In this document: one piece after another, positions 10,534 through 18,864 of the stretch
Layout of the letters: the number at the start of each line of letters is the position of its first letter
How positions within the stretch are numbered: the first letter of the stretch is position 1
DNA from: Atribacterota bacterium
GTDB lineage: Bacteria; Atribacterota; Phoenicimicrobiia; Phoenicimicrobiales; Stramentimicrobiaceae
Assembly (NCBI GenBank): GCA_040767965.1
Contig: JAXGNR010000004.1
Span: 672,001 to 736,000 of the forward strand
Direction of reading: 5' to 3'
DNA length: 64,000 nucleotides
Translations under genes and position numbers: made by a program
Notes under the pieces: generated by a model
What the model was told of the DNA's origin: nothing
The model's input: only the letters and a program-made list of their open reading frames with translations
Database searches by the model: none

Positions 10534-10745
10534 AAAGAAACCTTAACTTCTTTTGCAATAAATCCTGGTTTTGTTTTTATCTCATTTACCTTTTCCATTC
10601 CTTCAAGATAACATTTAATTGCTTCTTTTGCATTTTTTAACGCTTCTTTTTCATCCATCCCTTGAGTATAACAACCATCAAGAGCAGGGACAGAAACATT
10701 AAATCCCCCTTCTTCGGCTGGTTCTAATATAACCATAAATTTCAT
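10530..10745 (-). CDS. hicB: HicB-family antitoxin (short form without DNA-binding domain)
   Basis: [39 protein letters not shown]; GGAG RBS. Confidence 0.92.
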   Translation of the reverse strand: MKFMVILEPAEEGGFNVSVPALDGCYTQGMDEKEALKNAKEAIKCYLEGMEKVNEIKTKPGFIAKEVKVSL

Positions 10746-10850
10746 ATAAAATACTCCTTTAATCATTAGTTTTGCATTTTAGTCAATTATTAATTATTAG
10801 TCTATATTATATTCTATCATTCATTTAAAAATAATTATAGCATATATGTA

Positions 10851-10885
10851 TGAGATTGCTTCGTCACTTCGTTCCTCGCAATGAC
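10851..10885 (-). repeat. REP/RPE-like palindromic element, right copy
   Basis: tgagattgcttcgtcacttcgttcctcgcaatgac. Confidence 0.75.
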
Positions 10886-10905
10886 AAAAAAGAAACTCTC
10901 TTGCA

Positions 10906-11470
10906 AATTCACCCCCACCTTTATCCTCCCCCATCAAAGGGGAGGAAGTTGAGAAAGGTTTAATCCTCCCATTAATAGCGAGGAAATGGGGAAAGGTTTT
11001 TTTTTTCTCCTACCGTCAAGAGGGAGGATAATAAAAAAGAATAAATCCCTCTTTAAAAGGAGAGGATAATAAAAAAGATAAAATCCTCCTTTAATGAGGA
11101 TAAAATCGAAAAAGACTATAATATCCTCTCATGAAGGGAGCCGAAAAATGGGGAAAATTTTAATCCCATCCTCAGTCTCAAGGAGAAGTGAAATAATAAA
11201 AAGAGCAAAATTCCCTTAATTGGGAGATATAGAAAGACTTCAAACCCTCTTCTCAAGGAGGGAAAAATAAAAAAGAGTAAATTCCTCCTCTTAACCCTTA
11301 TTTAATAGATATGAAAATAAATTATAATATCCCTCAAAGGGAAGTAAACAAAAAAGTTAATATTCCTCAGAAAGTTAGTAAAATAATAAAAACAATAAAT
11401 TTTCTTCCAAAATTATTGAAATAAAATTTCAATCCATTTCAAGGGTAGTAGATTGGAAAATAGTAAATCA
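10906..11470. repeat. Hairpin tandem array A4 (~14 units, decaying to the right)
   Basis: Same aattcacccccacctttatcctccccc head as A3; mostly ~37-40-bp periodic hairpin plus A-rich linker. Confidence 0.8.
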
Positions 11471-12219
11471 AATTATGAAGCAGATACCAGTGGATAAGGG
11501 CCTGTCCCCAGAAAATAGAAATGTCTAAAAGCTCCAAGATATGAATGATTCAAAATTATATCTTTGTTTTTACTTGTAGCCATTATCAAAATTCCGATTA
11601 CAGATCCGAGAAAGAAGCCAGGAATAAAGCAAAGTTAACTGCCAGCCTAAAAAGCACCTATCATTGCTGCCAGCTTTACACTCCCCCATTGCTTCTTTCT
11701 TGAATAGTTTTGTGCCAAAACAGCTACCAGATATAAGCTCCCTCCCCCGCCCAGAATGCCAAGTAGAAATTTACAGGTGTTATATTTTTCAGAAAAAAAA
11801 CTCAGCAGAAAACCAATGACCATAAAAGGTAGAGAAATAACATCAGGAATAATTCTTTCTTTCAGATCAATAAAACTTATTATAATTAACAGTGTAGACA
11901 GCAGCATATAAACAAAAGATATTATCTGTAACCCATAAAACAAATATAAAGCCAGATAAAATAATCCGGTTACCAGCTCTACCAACGGGTATTGAACAGG
12001 AATTGTTTGTCCGCAATTACGGCATTTCCCTTTTAAAAGGAGGTAACTAATCAAGGGAATATTATCATAAAACAGAATCGGTTTAGAACATTGAGGGCAA
12101 TGAGAGCCAGGACTTATCAATGATTCGTTGCGGGGAATCCGGTAAATACAGACATTACTGAAACTGCCAATGATCAATCCTGTTAAAAAGATTATCATTG
12201 CAATAAATATTTCATACAT
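11440..12219 (-). CDS. pilD: Prepilin peptidase/N-methyltransferase PilD; C-terminal third disrupted by several indels
   Basis: GSFSNVCIYRIP, CPQC/CRNC Zn motifs, FIDLKERIIPD, KLAAMIGAF then LGWQ in a shifted frame; end approximate. Confidence 0.85.
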
Positions 12220-12307
12220 AAATCAACCTTTTATCAGAATATTTTAATATTTTACAAATTAAAAATAGCTGAACTAAAAAAATTATAACATATAACCAAT
12301 AAAATAA

Positions 12308-13357
12308 TCAGCAGATAATATGTGCTATTAATGTAGGCATAATTATTAGTACTCTTCGCTGATGCCAAAGCATGCATTATGCTTACCCTGACAGGGTCTG
12401 CCCCTATTTCCATAGCTGTTAAAGTCATCAGAGTTACCCCTCCGGCAGCAGTGGCCAGCAGGGATGTTGCCAGATCCCATTTCAGGAAATGATGGAAAAG
12501 AAGCCCGATAATTATTCCGTTACCTACTACGAATATGGAAAAAAATATTATTGGTAATAGCAAAGCTTTCAAGGTTACTACCATTTCAGGGGTAAAGGTA
12601 GTGCCAAGATATCCGCCTAAAATAATCTGTGTTGTCAGGACTAGCCAGCGGGGAAGTTCTTTTAAAGGAAGGCCGGCAGTTCGTAAAGCACCAACAGTAA
12701 TCATTGCTCCCAGCATGCCTCCTACAGGTATACCCAAGTATTTGGCAGTATAACCGCCAACTGCTCCAACAGCTAATGACGCTAGTATATGAAATATATT
12801 GGTTTTTCTTTTGCTGATTCAATTTCTCTCCCGTTCTTTTATCTGATTCGTGTTGATTATCAATATTATGAGAATAGCTGCATTTGTTACAATAGGTAAA
12901 CTCATGTTGATGGATAGAATCCGGATAAACTGCAGTAAAAAGTAACTGCAGGAACATTCAGGTTATATGTAAGTGCAATCAGACCCATTTTAAAAACTCC
13001 CGAAGACGAGCCAAACAGAGAAGAGCCGATATCCATACCGGTTACTCTGCATAACAATAAACCAACTCCCAGACTAATCACTATCATCCAGACAGATGAC
13101 AATAAGCCGGGTACCAGAAGAGATTTCAAAGTAGCGATTTGATCTTTTTGAAACCTGCATCCAATCATTACCCCTATTATCACCTGAAAGAAAGTAGTAA
13201 TATAAGAAGGTAACACTGCCCACTGCACGCCTTGACTGGTAATTAAAGCTAAAGCAACCAAAGCACCGGTAACTGCTCCACCGGGTACATGAAAGTAACT
13301 CAAAACACGATAACCGATATATCCCAAAACAAAGATTGCCAATAAAGTGATAAACAT
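12308..13357 (-). CDS. AbrB-family duplicated membrane protein, split by frameshifts into three ORFs
   Basis: Two similar halves: VPGGAVTGAL..QVIIGVMIG and IPVGGMLGAM..QIILGGYLG, AAGGVTLM. Confidence 0.75.
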
Positions 13358-13417
13358 AGAAATATTTAAACCTTTCTTCCTTTAAAAAGTATCAATATTT
13401 TTTAAATATAGAAATAC

Positions 13418-13455
13418 AATATGGCAATAATTGTTTAATAAACTATTGCCATATT
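13418..13455. terminator. Inverted repeat, probable terminator after the GNAT gene
   Basis: aatatggcaata-N14-tattgccatatt. Confidence 0.5.
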
Positions 13456-13517
13456 ATTTACATATAATTTATCCGGATATTTTCCATCTTCAATTGAATT
13501 TTTTATTTTTAAATGAT

Positions 13518-14175
13518 TTAAGATAAATAACTTTTTCCCATAATATAATGAGGCATTATTTCCCCGTTTAAATATGTTAAAAAAGAATATTTCCCGGTAA
13601 ATAAAACTTCGAAATCAAGCTTTTCAAAAAAATGTTTAGCCCTGTGGGAAAGCACTCCAAAGTGAACACCTTCAGATCTGTTTTTTTTTTATAAAATCAG
13701 TAAAATTGTTTATCAGCAGTGTTCCCACATTTAAGCCACGACTGGCAGCAGTGACATTTACATGCAAAGTTGCCGGGTATTTTTGAGTAAAATCAGGAAA
13801 TTTAAACTCGCCTTTAAAGTAACTATACAGCATATTTTTTAAAAATAGCAAATTATTTCCTTTTAAAAAATGACCTTTTTTCAAGATATCTTTTATAGTT
13901 TTAGGAAAAATGTATTTCTTAAAAGTATCCTGCATTTTTTTTGCATCCATAGAGCCCAGCAGATAGCCGATAACCTGCTGGTCTTTTTCAGCAACAAAAC
14001 TGGATGTAGGCTCATAATCTGTGTAATAGGAGGTTAAAAAATCAGCTATTAAATCATGATCAAAAAATATTTCACTATATTCAGCAAGAATGCTGCTGGA
14101 AACGCTGATTTTTCTTATGCTCTCCCGGTCTTTTTTTTGATAGCTTCTTATTTTAACCTGCATGATACCTTCCAA
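13518..14175 (-). CDS. GNAT-family N-acetyltransferase; frameshift near the poly-T at ~13680
   Basis: FVAEKDQQVIGYLLG, YPATLHVNV..RGLNVGTLL; continues GVHFGV...FFEKLDF in another frame. Confidence 0.8.
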
Positions 14176-14219
14176 TATAGAATAAATTTAATATATTATT
14201 ATATATTATGAATTATAAA

Positions 14220-15140
14220 TTATGTTGTTTGCGGTCTGCAGTAAACGGCAAATATTTCATTTTCTCTGATAGAGGCAAGCAACAGATTTCTTAGTAATGG
14301 ATTTCTCAATTGGCTCATATAAGCCCTGAGGGCGATTTCTTTTCTTTCCTTTATACTTTCGGGCAACAGTAATTTTTCCCAGCCGCCTTCCAGTGTTATC
14401 AGGTCCAGAGGCGGTAAAACATAATAATCCGGCGCATATCTTTTAGGATGCGGGAAAGAGCGATGATGAACAATGTATTTATATCCGGAAAAGTTTTTAA
14501 TATATTTTTCCATTTCAGAATATTCCAGCAGCACTTCTTCTTTTATCAATTCCCCTAATTCAATAATATTTTCCAGATATTGAAATCTTATAACTTTATC
14601 ATCAAGGATTTTCTCCAGCAACATACCGGTAGTTGAGTGGTCCTGATGGCTGTCATCAGGATGAGGATAAATAATAATAGCGGGTTGATACAACTCGATT
14701 TGTTGTGAGAAAATATTTTCCAGCTCAACAGGATTTTGTCTTGCCAGCTGGCTGTCCGGATATTCCAGAAAGATAAGGCTTTCCTCAGGAACACCCAGAA
14801 TACCGGTGGCATTTACAAACTCCATGAATCGAAGATCTCGCAAGTTGCGCCTGTTTCCGTCAGTTATCAGAACAATATAAACCTCAGCATCCCTTTTCAT
14901 GGATTCAATTATATAGCCGCCGGCAGCTATAGTTTCATCATCTGGATGAGGGACAAATATTAAAACCTTTTCTCCACTGTCAGGCAATCGCACATCATCT
15001 AAAAAATGAATCGCAAGCTGTGGCAGGACCGGGTTAGTCCTGAAATAGATGAATATTAAAGAGGAAAATCCAATTAAAATTAATAAAAAAAATATTTGTA
15101 ATTTTCTGTTATTTTTGAGATTGTTAATAATCTGACCCAT
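14220..15140 (-). CDS. Membrane-anchored PIG-L/LmbE-family deacetylase
   Basis: VPHPDDE and HQDH motifs, YMSQL, N-terminal TM. Confidence 0.88.
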   Translation of the reverse strand: MGQIINNLKNNRKLQIFFLLILIGFSSLIFIYFRTNPVLPQLAIHFLDDVRLPDSGEKVLIFVPHPDDETIAAGGYIIESMKRDAEVYIVLITDGNRRNLRDLRFMEFVNATGILGVPEESLIFLEYPDSQLARQNPVELENIFSQQIELYQPAIIIYPHPDDSHQDHSTTGMLLEKILDDKVIRFQYLENIIELGELIKEEVLLEYSEMEKYIKNFSGYKYIVHHRSFPHPKRYAPDYYVLPPLDLITLEGGWEKLLLPESIKERKEIALRAYMSQLRNPLLRNLLLASIRENEIFAVYCRPQTT

Positions 15141-15475
15141 CTTTTATTAAAGCTTTTTTATAGCAACTATTCCCTCTTTTTTAAATTAAATAAAAATAAT
15201 AAAGCAAATGTATAAGGTCCAACTTCAACATTTAAGCAATTGAATGCATTATTATGAACATTTTTTTATATTAATATAAGTTGGCCTGTATGACAAGGAA
15301 AATTAATATCTTTACCTATTTATTACGGGAACAGGAAGGTGGAAACATAAATCAAGGTGGGATATCTTGACCACAGCTGTCACGAACACTTGCTCAGAAC
15401 AGTTAGGGTAATTAAATAACTTGTCTGCAAAGAAAAGTAAAGAATATTAATATGCATTTATTTAATAGAATGTAG

Positions 15476-15506
15476 AAAAAAAGAAATGCCGTTTTGCCTG
15501 ACGGAA
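15476..15506 (-). terminator. Intrinsic terminator after the pilin paralog
   Basis: Minus strand ccgt-caggcaaa-acgg followed by catttctttttttct. Confidence 0.5.
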
Positions 15507-15508
15507 GG

Positions 15509-15904
15509 TTAATTTCTCTGAATAATAATATTAAGACGCAGCGAAGAGCCGTCTCTGCTGATGCCGTCCAGGCGGAAAGTATTGATACCGTCAAAAGATA
15601 CTACCACATCACCGGGTCTTTCCCAGCCGTTTTTGGTCTGCCTTTCCAGATTTACCGGGTTATTGATACCCAACCGGTCAATTAAACTGTCAATATCATT
15701 CCAGATAAGAATAGGATGCTTGTTGATGAGCTCAGAGCGGATTTCTGCTTCTACCTTCTCCACATTAGAGGTTACCAACCGCCGCACATTCTGGCTCACT
15801 ACATAATCATAAGCCCGGGGAGCAAAGATAATCAAGCTGCCGATAATCAGCACCAGTATCAACAGAGAAAGAATGGTAATTCCTTTGTGGTTAAAAGGTT
15901 TCAT
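15509..15904 (-). CDS. Pilin-like protein lacking Glu5, paralogous to the adjacent PilA
   Basis: HKG|ITILSLLILVLII; V..N...V...I.SE and NP motifs shared with PilA. Confidence 0.65.
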   Translation of the reverse strand: MKPFNHKGITILSLLILVLIIGSLIIFAPRAYDYVVSQNVRRLVTSNVEKVEAEIRSELINKHPILIWNDIDSLIDRLGINNPVNLERQTKNGWERPGDVVVSFDGINTFRLDGISRDGSSLRLNIIIQRN

Positions 15905-16027
15905 TTCGCTTTCCTCTAAGGATTTTTTTATTTAGATAATCAAAATAAGAATAGCAATTTATTTTTAAAATAGCAATAAATATTATACAGGTATTATTTA
16001 GTCATATTTAGTATTTATATATTTAGA

Positions 16028-16086
16028 GGTCAGGTCTCAACATTTGCACATTCAATTAAGAAAATGAAAAATTTTGAGACCTGACC
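16028..16086. repeat. 13-bp perfect inverted repeat just downstream of pilA (terminator or REP-like element)
   Basis: ggtcaggtctcaa-N33-ttgagacctgacc. Confidence 0.7.
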
Positions 16087-16096
16087 CTTCTTTGTT

Positions 16097-16570
16097 TTAT
16101 AATTGTGCAGTTAGGATTTCCAAAATTGGCGCATTGCCTCCACCAATACCTTGTATGGTACATTCATTGCAAGCAGCGGCAGTTGTGCCTGAAGCTGGAA
16201 TAATAACAATTTGACCCTCAGTTCCCACAGCAGGACTTGAACCGGGGTCCATTATCACAAAATCTGTATTTTTCATTGCGACTCCAGTAAATGGATTACG
16301 CAGGTTAGCATTAACAAAAACTCCATCCACAGCAGCTAAAGTGCTTAGATTAACAGCCCCATCAGCCATTTCAGACTGAATAATTGTATGAACTGTGCTG
16401 GCGTTAGCTTTGACAATTGATTCTTTGGCCTTTTCCTGCTGGGTTGTGTATAATCTCAATCCCAATAGTGCCAGGATTCCGATAATGGCTACAACTACCA
16501 TCAATTCAATTAAGGTAAAACCTTTTTTATTTTTCTGTAAATACATGAACATTTTATTAAATTCCTCCAT
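16097..16570 (-). CDS. pilA: Type IVa major pilin candidate (start may be 16552)
   Basis: KKG|FTLIELMVVVAIIGILA; short; has its own long leader; GGAGGA upstream of the internal ATG. Confidence 0.8.
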   Translation of the reverse strand: MEEFNKMFMYLQKNKKGFTLIELMVVVAIIGILALLGLRLYTTQQEKAKESIVKANASTVHTIIQSEMADGAVNLSTLAAVDGVFVNANLRNPFTGVAMKNTDFVIMDPGSSPAVGTEGQIVIIPASGTTAAACNECTIQGIGGGNAPILEILTAQL

Positions 16571-16658
16571 TTTTATTTATTATTTACTCTTATTTATAAT
16601 TAATGCGTATTTTTCAAATTACAATTTCTGTTTATATTGGTTATCAGTAAAGAAAATC

Positions 16659-16691
16659 AGATTGCCTCAAAGCTGTGCTCCTGGCAATGAC
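16659..16691 (-). repeat. Degenerate third copy of the REP/RPE-like element in the pilA leader
   Basis: agattgcctcaaagctgtgctcctggcaatgac versus agattgcttcgtcacttcgttcctcgcaatgac. Confidence 0.6.
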
Positions 16692-16945
16692 AAAAATAAA
16701 AGTTTCTGACAATAACCAAAAAAATATACCCACAATGATGAAAAAGTATCTACTTTCACAATATCTGAAGAATCTGAAGAAAAATTCCTCATAAATATCA
16801 GGAAAGCATATGTTCTCATACTTAATAAAAGCTATTTTTTGTGCTGACCACTTCCTTTCGTATTATTTTTACTGTATTGAAATTATTTATATCAGTTCTG
16901 AATAAACAGCGCTTTTTACTTCTTTTAAAGTGTTTCTTATATATA

Positions 16946-16973
16946 TATTACCTATCTTAATTATTTTAGACAA
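16946..16973 (-). promoter_or_regulatory. Candidate SigB/SigF-type promoter upstream of pilA
   Basis: Minus strand TTGTCTAAAA-N11-GGTAATA, same spacing as 9237-9264. Confidence 0.4.
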
Positions 16974-17112
16974 TAGTTTGATAAATTTTTTATATTTTAT
17001 TTATCTTCCGGCGACAATATCTGCGCAGATTTATATTAAGGCAGGAAATTTATAAATACAATGATTATTTATAGTATCAGGTATGAGAGTGATTTATCAG
17101 ATGTTTAAAAAA

Positions 17113-17532
17113 TTAAATATTATCGGGGAATTCAACTTTTTCAATTGCCGTATTGATGGCAAAAACGCGGATATTATTGTCCTGACTGTCCACCGGATAA
17201 ATAAAAAATCCTGTTTTGTTGGGATTGTAGCCGTAAGTGGTTCCGTAAAACTTCTCACCATCTGTAAAATGAATTATAACGCGCTTTTGGGTGGGAGTAT
17301 CACGACGGGCATGGGCAAAGGTCCTGACTTTCTGATAATCTTTATTTCCTATGAAATCTTTTACGAAAAAAACAGATTTAATGTTTTTTATGCTAAGCTC
17401 TAATATTTCTTTTTCTGAATATTCCTTCAAAGGAATAATATAAAAGTTTTCTCTGTTGGGATTAAAATTTTCCAGCCATCCTTTTATGATATCCCCGTTT
17501 AGAAGCTTTATTACTACTTTATGTCCTGCCAT
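17113..17532 (-). CDS. Uncharacterised protein with two tandem Sm/Hfq-like repeats (resembles DUF6982 from memory)
   Basis: KVVIKLLNGDIIKGWLENF...IKSVFFVKDF / RVIIHFTDGEKFYG...GFFIYPVD..NN.RVF. Confidence 0.6.
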   Translation of the reverse strand: MAGHKVVIKLLNGDIIKGWLENFNPNRENFYIIPLKEYSEKEILELSIKNIKSVFFVKDFIGNKDYQKVRTFAHARRDTPTQKRVIIHFTDGEKFYGTTYGYNPNKTGFFIYPVDSQDNNIRVFAINTAIEKVEFPDNI

Positions 17533-17674
17533 TTAACTTCAACCTGAAAAGATATTTTCTAATGCTTTACTTCAAATATAATGCTTGTGTAAATGTTTTA
17601 TTTTTCCAGCATACCTGCTTAGTTATAATTACTTATTTCCCCGAAAATAGAATTTGCCGGAAAGGCATATGTTT

Positions 17675-18148
17675 CTAATTTTCATATAAATAAATATCAA
17701 AATCATCAGAACCAAACTTTTTTAAATGCACTTTTTCCAGGGCATTCTTGGAAACAAAAACCCGGTCATTATTATCCTTCTGATCTATGGGGAATACAAA
17801 AAATCCGGCACGGTCCTGAGCATAGCTGTGTGTGGTGCCGTAAAAATTTTCTCCGTCTTTGAATATGATAATAATCTTTCGCTGGGAGGGAGTTCCTCCG
17901 GAATAACCGTTAAAAGTTCTAACTTTTTGATATTCTTTATTGCCGGCGAAATCTTTTACAAAAAAGATGGCTTTGATTTTACTGATATCAATCTCGAGGA
18001 TTTCATCTTTTCTTCCTGAAGAGCTCTCTTCAACCGGCGAAATATGAAATAATGAATTATTGGGATTAAAGTCTGCAGTATATCCTTTGATGATTTTTCC
18101 ATCAAGAAACCTGACAACTATCTTTTTTCCTAACATTTTTAGTTCCAC
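17675..18148 (-). CDS. Paralog of the preceding tandem Sm-like protein
   Basis: KIVVRFLDGKIIKGYTADF...IKAIFFVKDFAGNKEYQKVRTF...FKDGENFYGTT. Confidence 0.6.
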   Translation of the reverse strand: MELKMLGKKIVVRFLDGKIIKGYTADFNPNNSLFHISPVEESSSGRKDEILEIDISKIKAIFFVKDFAGNKEYQKVRTFNGYSGGTPSQRKIIIIFKDGENFYGTTHSYAQDRAGFFVFPIDQKDNNDRVFVSKNALEKVHLKKFGSDDFDIYLYEN

Positions 18149-18156
18149 CTCAATAA

Positions 18157-18864
18157 TTATAAGTTTTTTCTTAATTCTTCCAAAGCACTCTTTTTAACCC
18201 TTGAAACCTGTTTTTGGGTCAGACCCAGTATTTTTGCTGCTGAAGTTTGAGTGATGTCTTTCACAAAAAGATAATAAATAACATCTTTCTGGATTTTTTT
18301 AAGGGTATTAAAAGCATTTTTTAACTGTATTATATCCTCAACCGGCAAACGGAAAGACTGATACCCTTTACTTTTTATCTGATCCAGAAGAGGGTAATTT
18401 TCAGAGGCATCACCTCTGTTATCACTATCCAGTGAGACAATTTGCACTGATTCTCTGCCTTTGAGGATTTCTGCAATGCCCTCTTCGGTTATATTAAAAT
18501 GATCTGCAATTTCTCCAATATCAGGAAAGCGATTATGTTTTTTTTTGAAACTTGCGGTGAATTTATCTATTTTCTTATTATATTCTTTCACCCAATGAGG
18601 AATATTCACAATAGTATGCTTATCCCTGATATAGTGCCTTATTTCTCCGTTTATTAACCAACTGGCGTAAGTCTCAAATTTTACTCCTTTAGCTTTATCA
18701 AATAAATTAAGAGCGTTAATAAGTCCCAGATAAGCAATCTGCTCCAGATCATCCAACGGCTCACCGGAATTAATATATTTGCGGGCAATAGATTTTACCA
18801 GGGGTGTATACTTACTGATAGCATCCTCACTGATCTTTTCAGTAGTTCCCGGGTTCATAATCAT
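18157..18864 (-). CDS. Alternative sigma factor, SigB/SigF/SigG family
   Basis: LVKSIARKY..GEPLDDLEQIAYLGL..FETYA..INGEIRHYIRD; region-4 HTH TQTSAAKILGLTQKQVSR. Confidence 0.9.
   Translation of the reverse strand: MIMNPGTTEKISEDAISKYTPLVKSIARKYINSGEPLDDLEQIAYLGLINALNLFDKAKGVKFETYASWLINGEIRHYIRDKHTIVNIPHWVKEYNKKIDKFTASFKKKHNRFPDIGEIADHFNITEEGIAEILKGRESVQIVSLDSDNRGDASENYPLLDQIKSKGYQSFRLPVEDIIQLKNAFNTLKKIQKDVIYYLFVKDITQTSAAKILGLTQKQVSRVKKSALEELRKNL

Noticed and set aside
8326-11470. CRISPR array interpretation of the hairpin repeats
   Set aside because: Units are degenerate, linkers are short, A-rich and mutually similar rather than unique spacers, and there are no cas genes in the window
8326-11470. 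Classical integron with attC sites
   Set aside because: No tyrosine integrase in the window and no RYYYAAC...GTTRRRY bounded sites recognised
16669-16821. Possible ~50-aa ORF (MRTYAFLIF...) in the pilA leader
   Set aside because: No recognisable motif, poorly placed RBS, and it runs into the RPE-like repeat
17654-17668. tgccggaaaggca hairpin as a c-di-GMP riboswitch
   Set aside because: The rest of the GEMM consensus is absent and it lies on the non-coding strand
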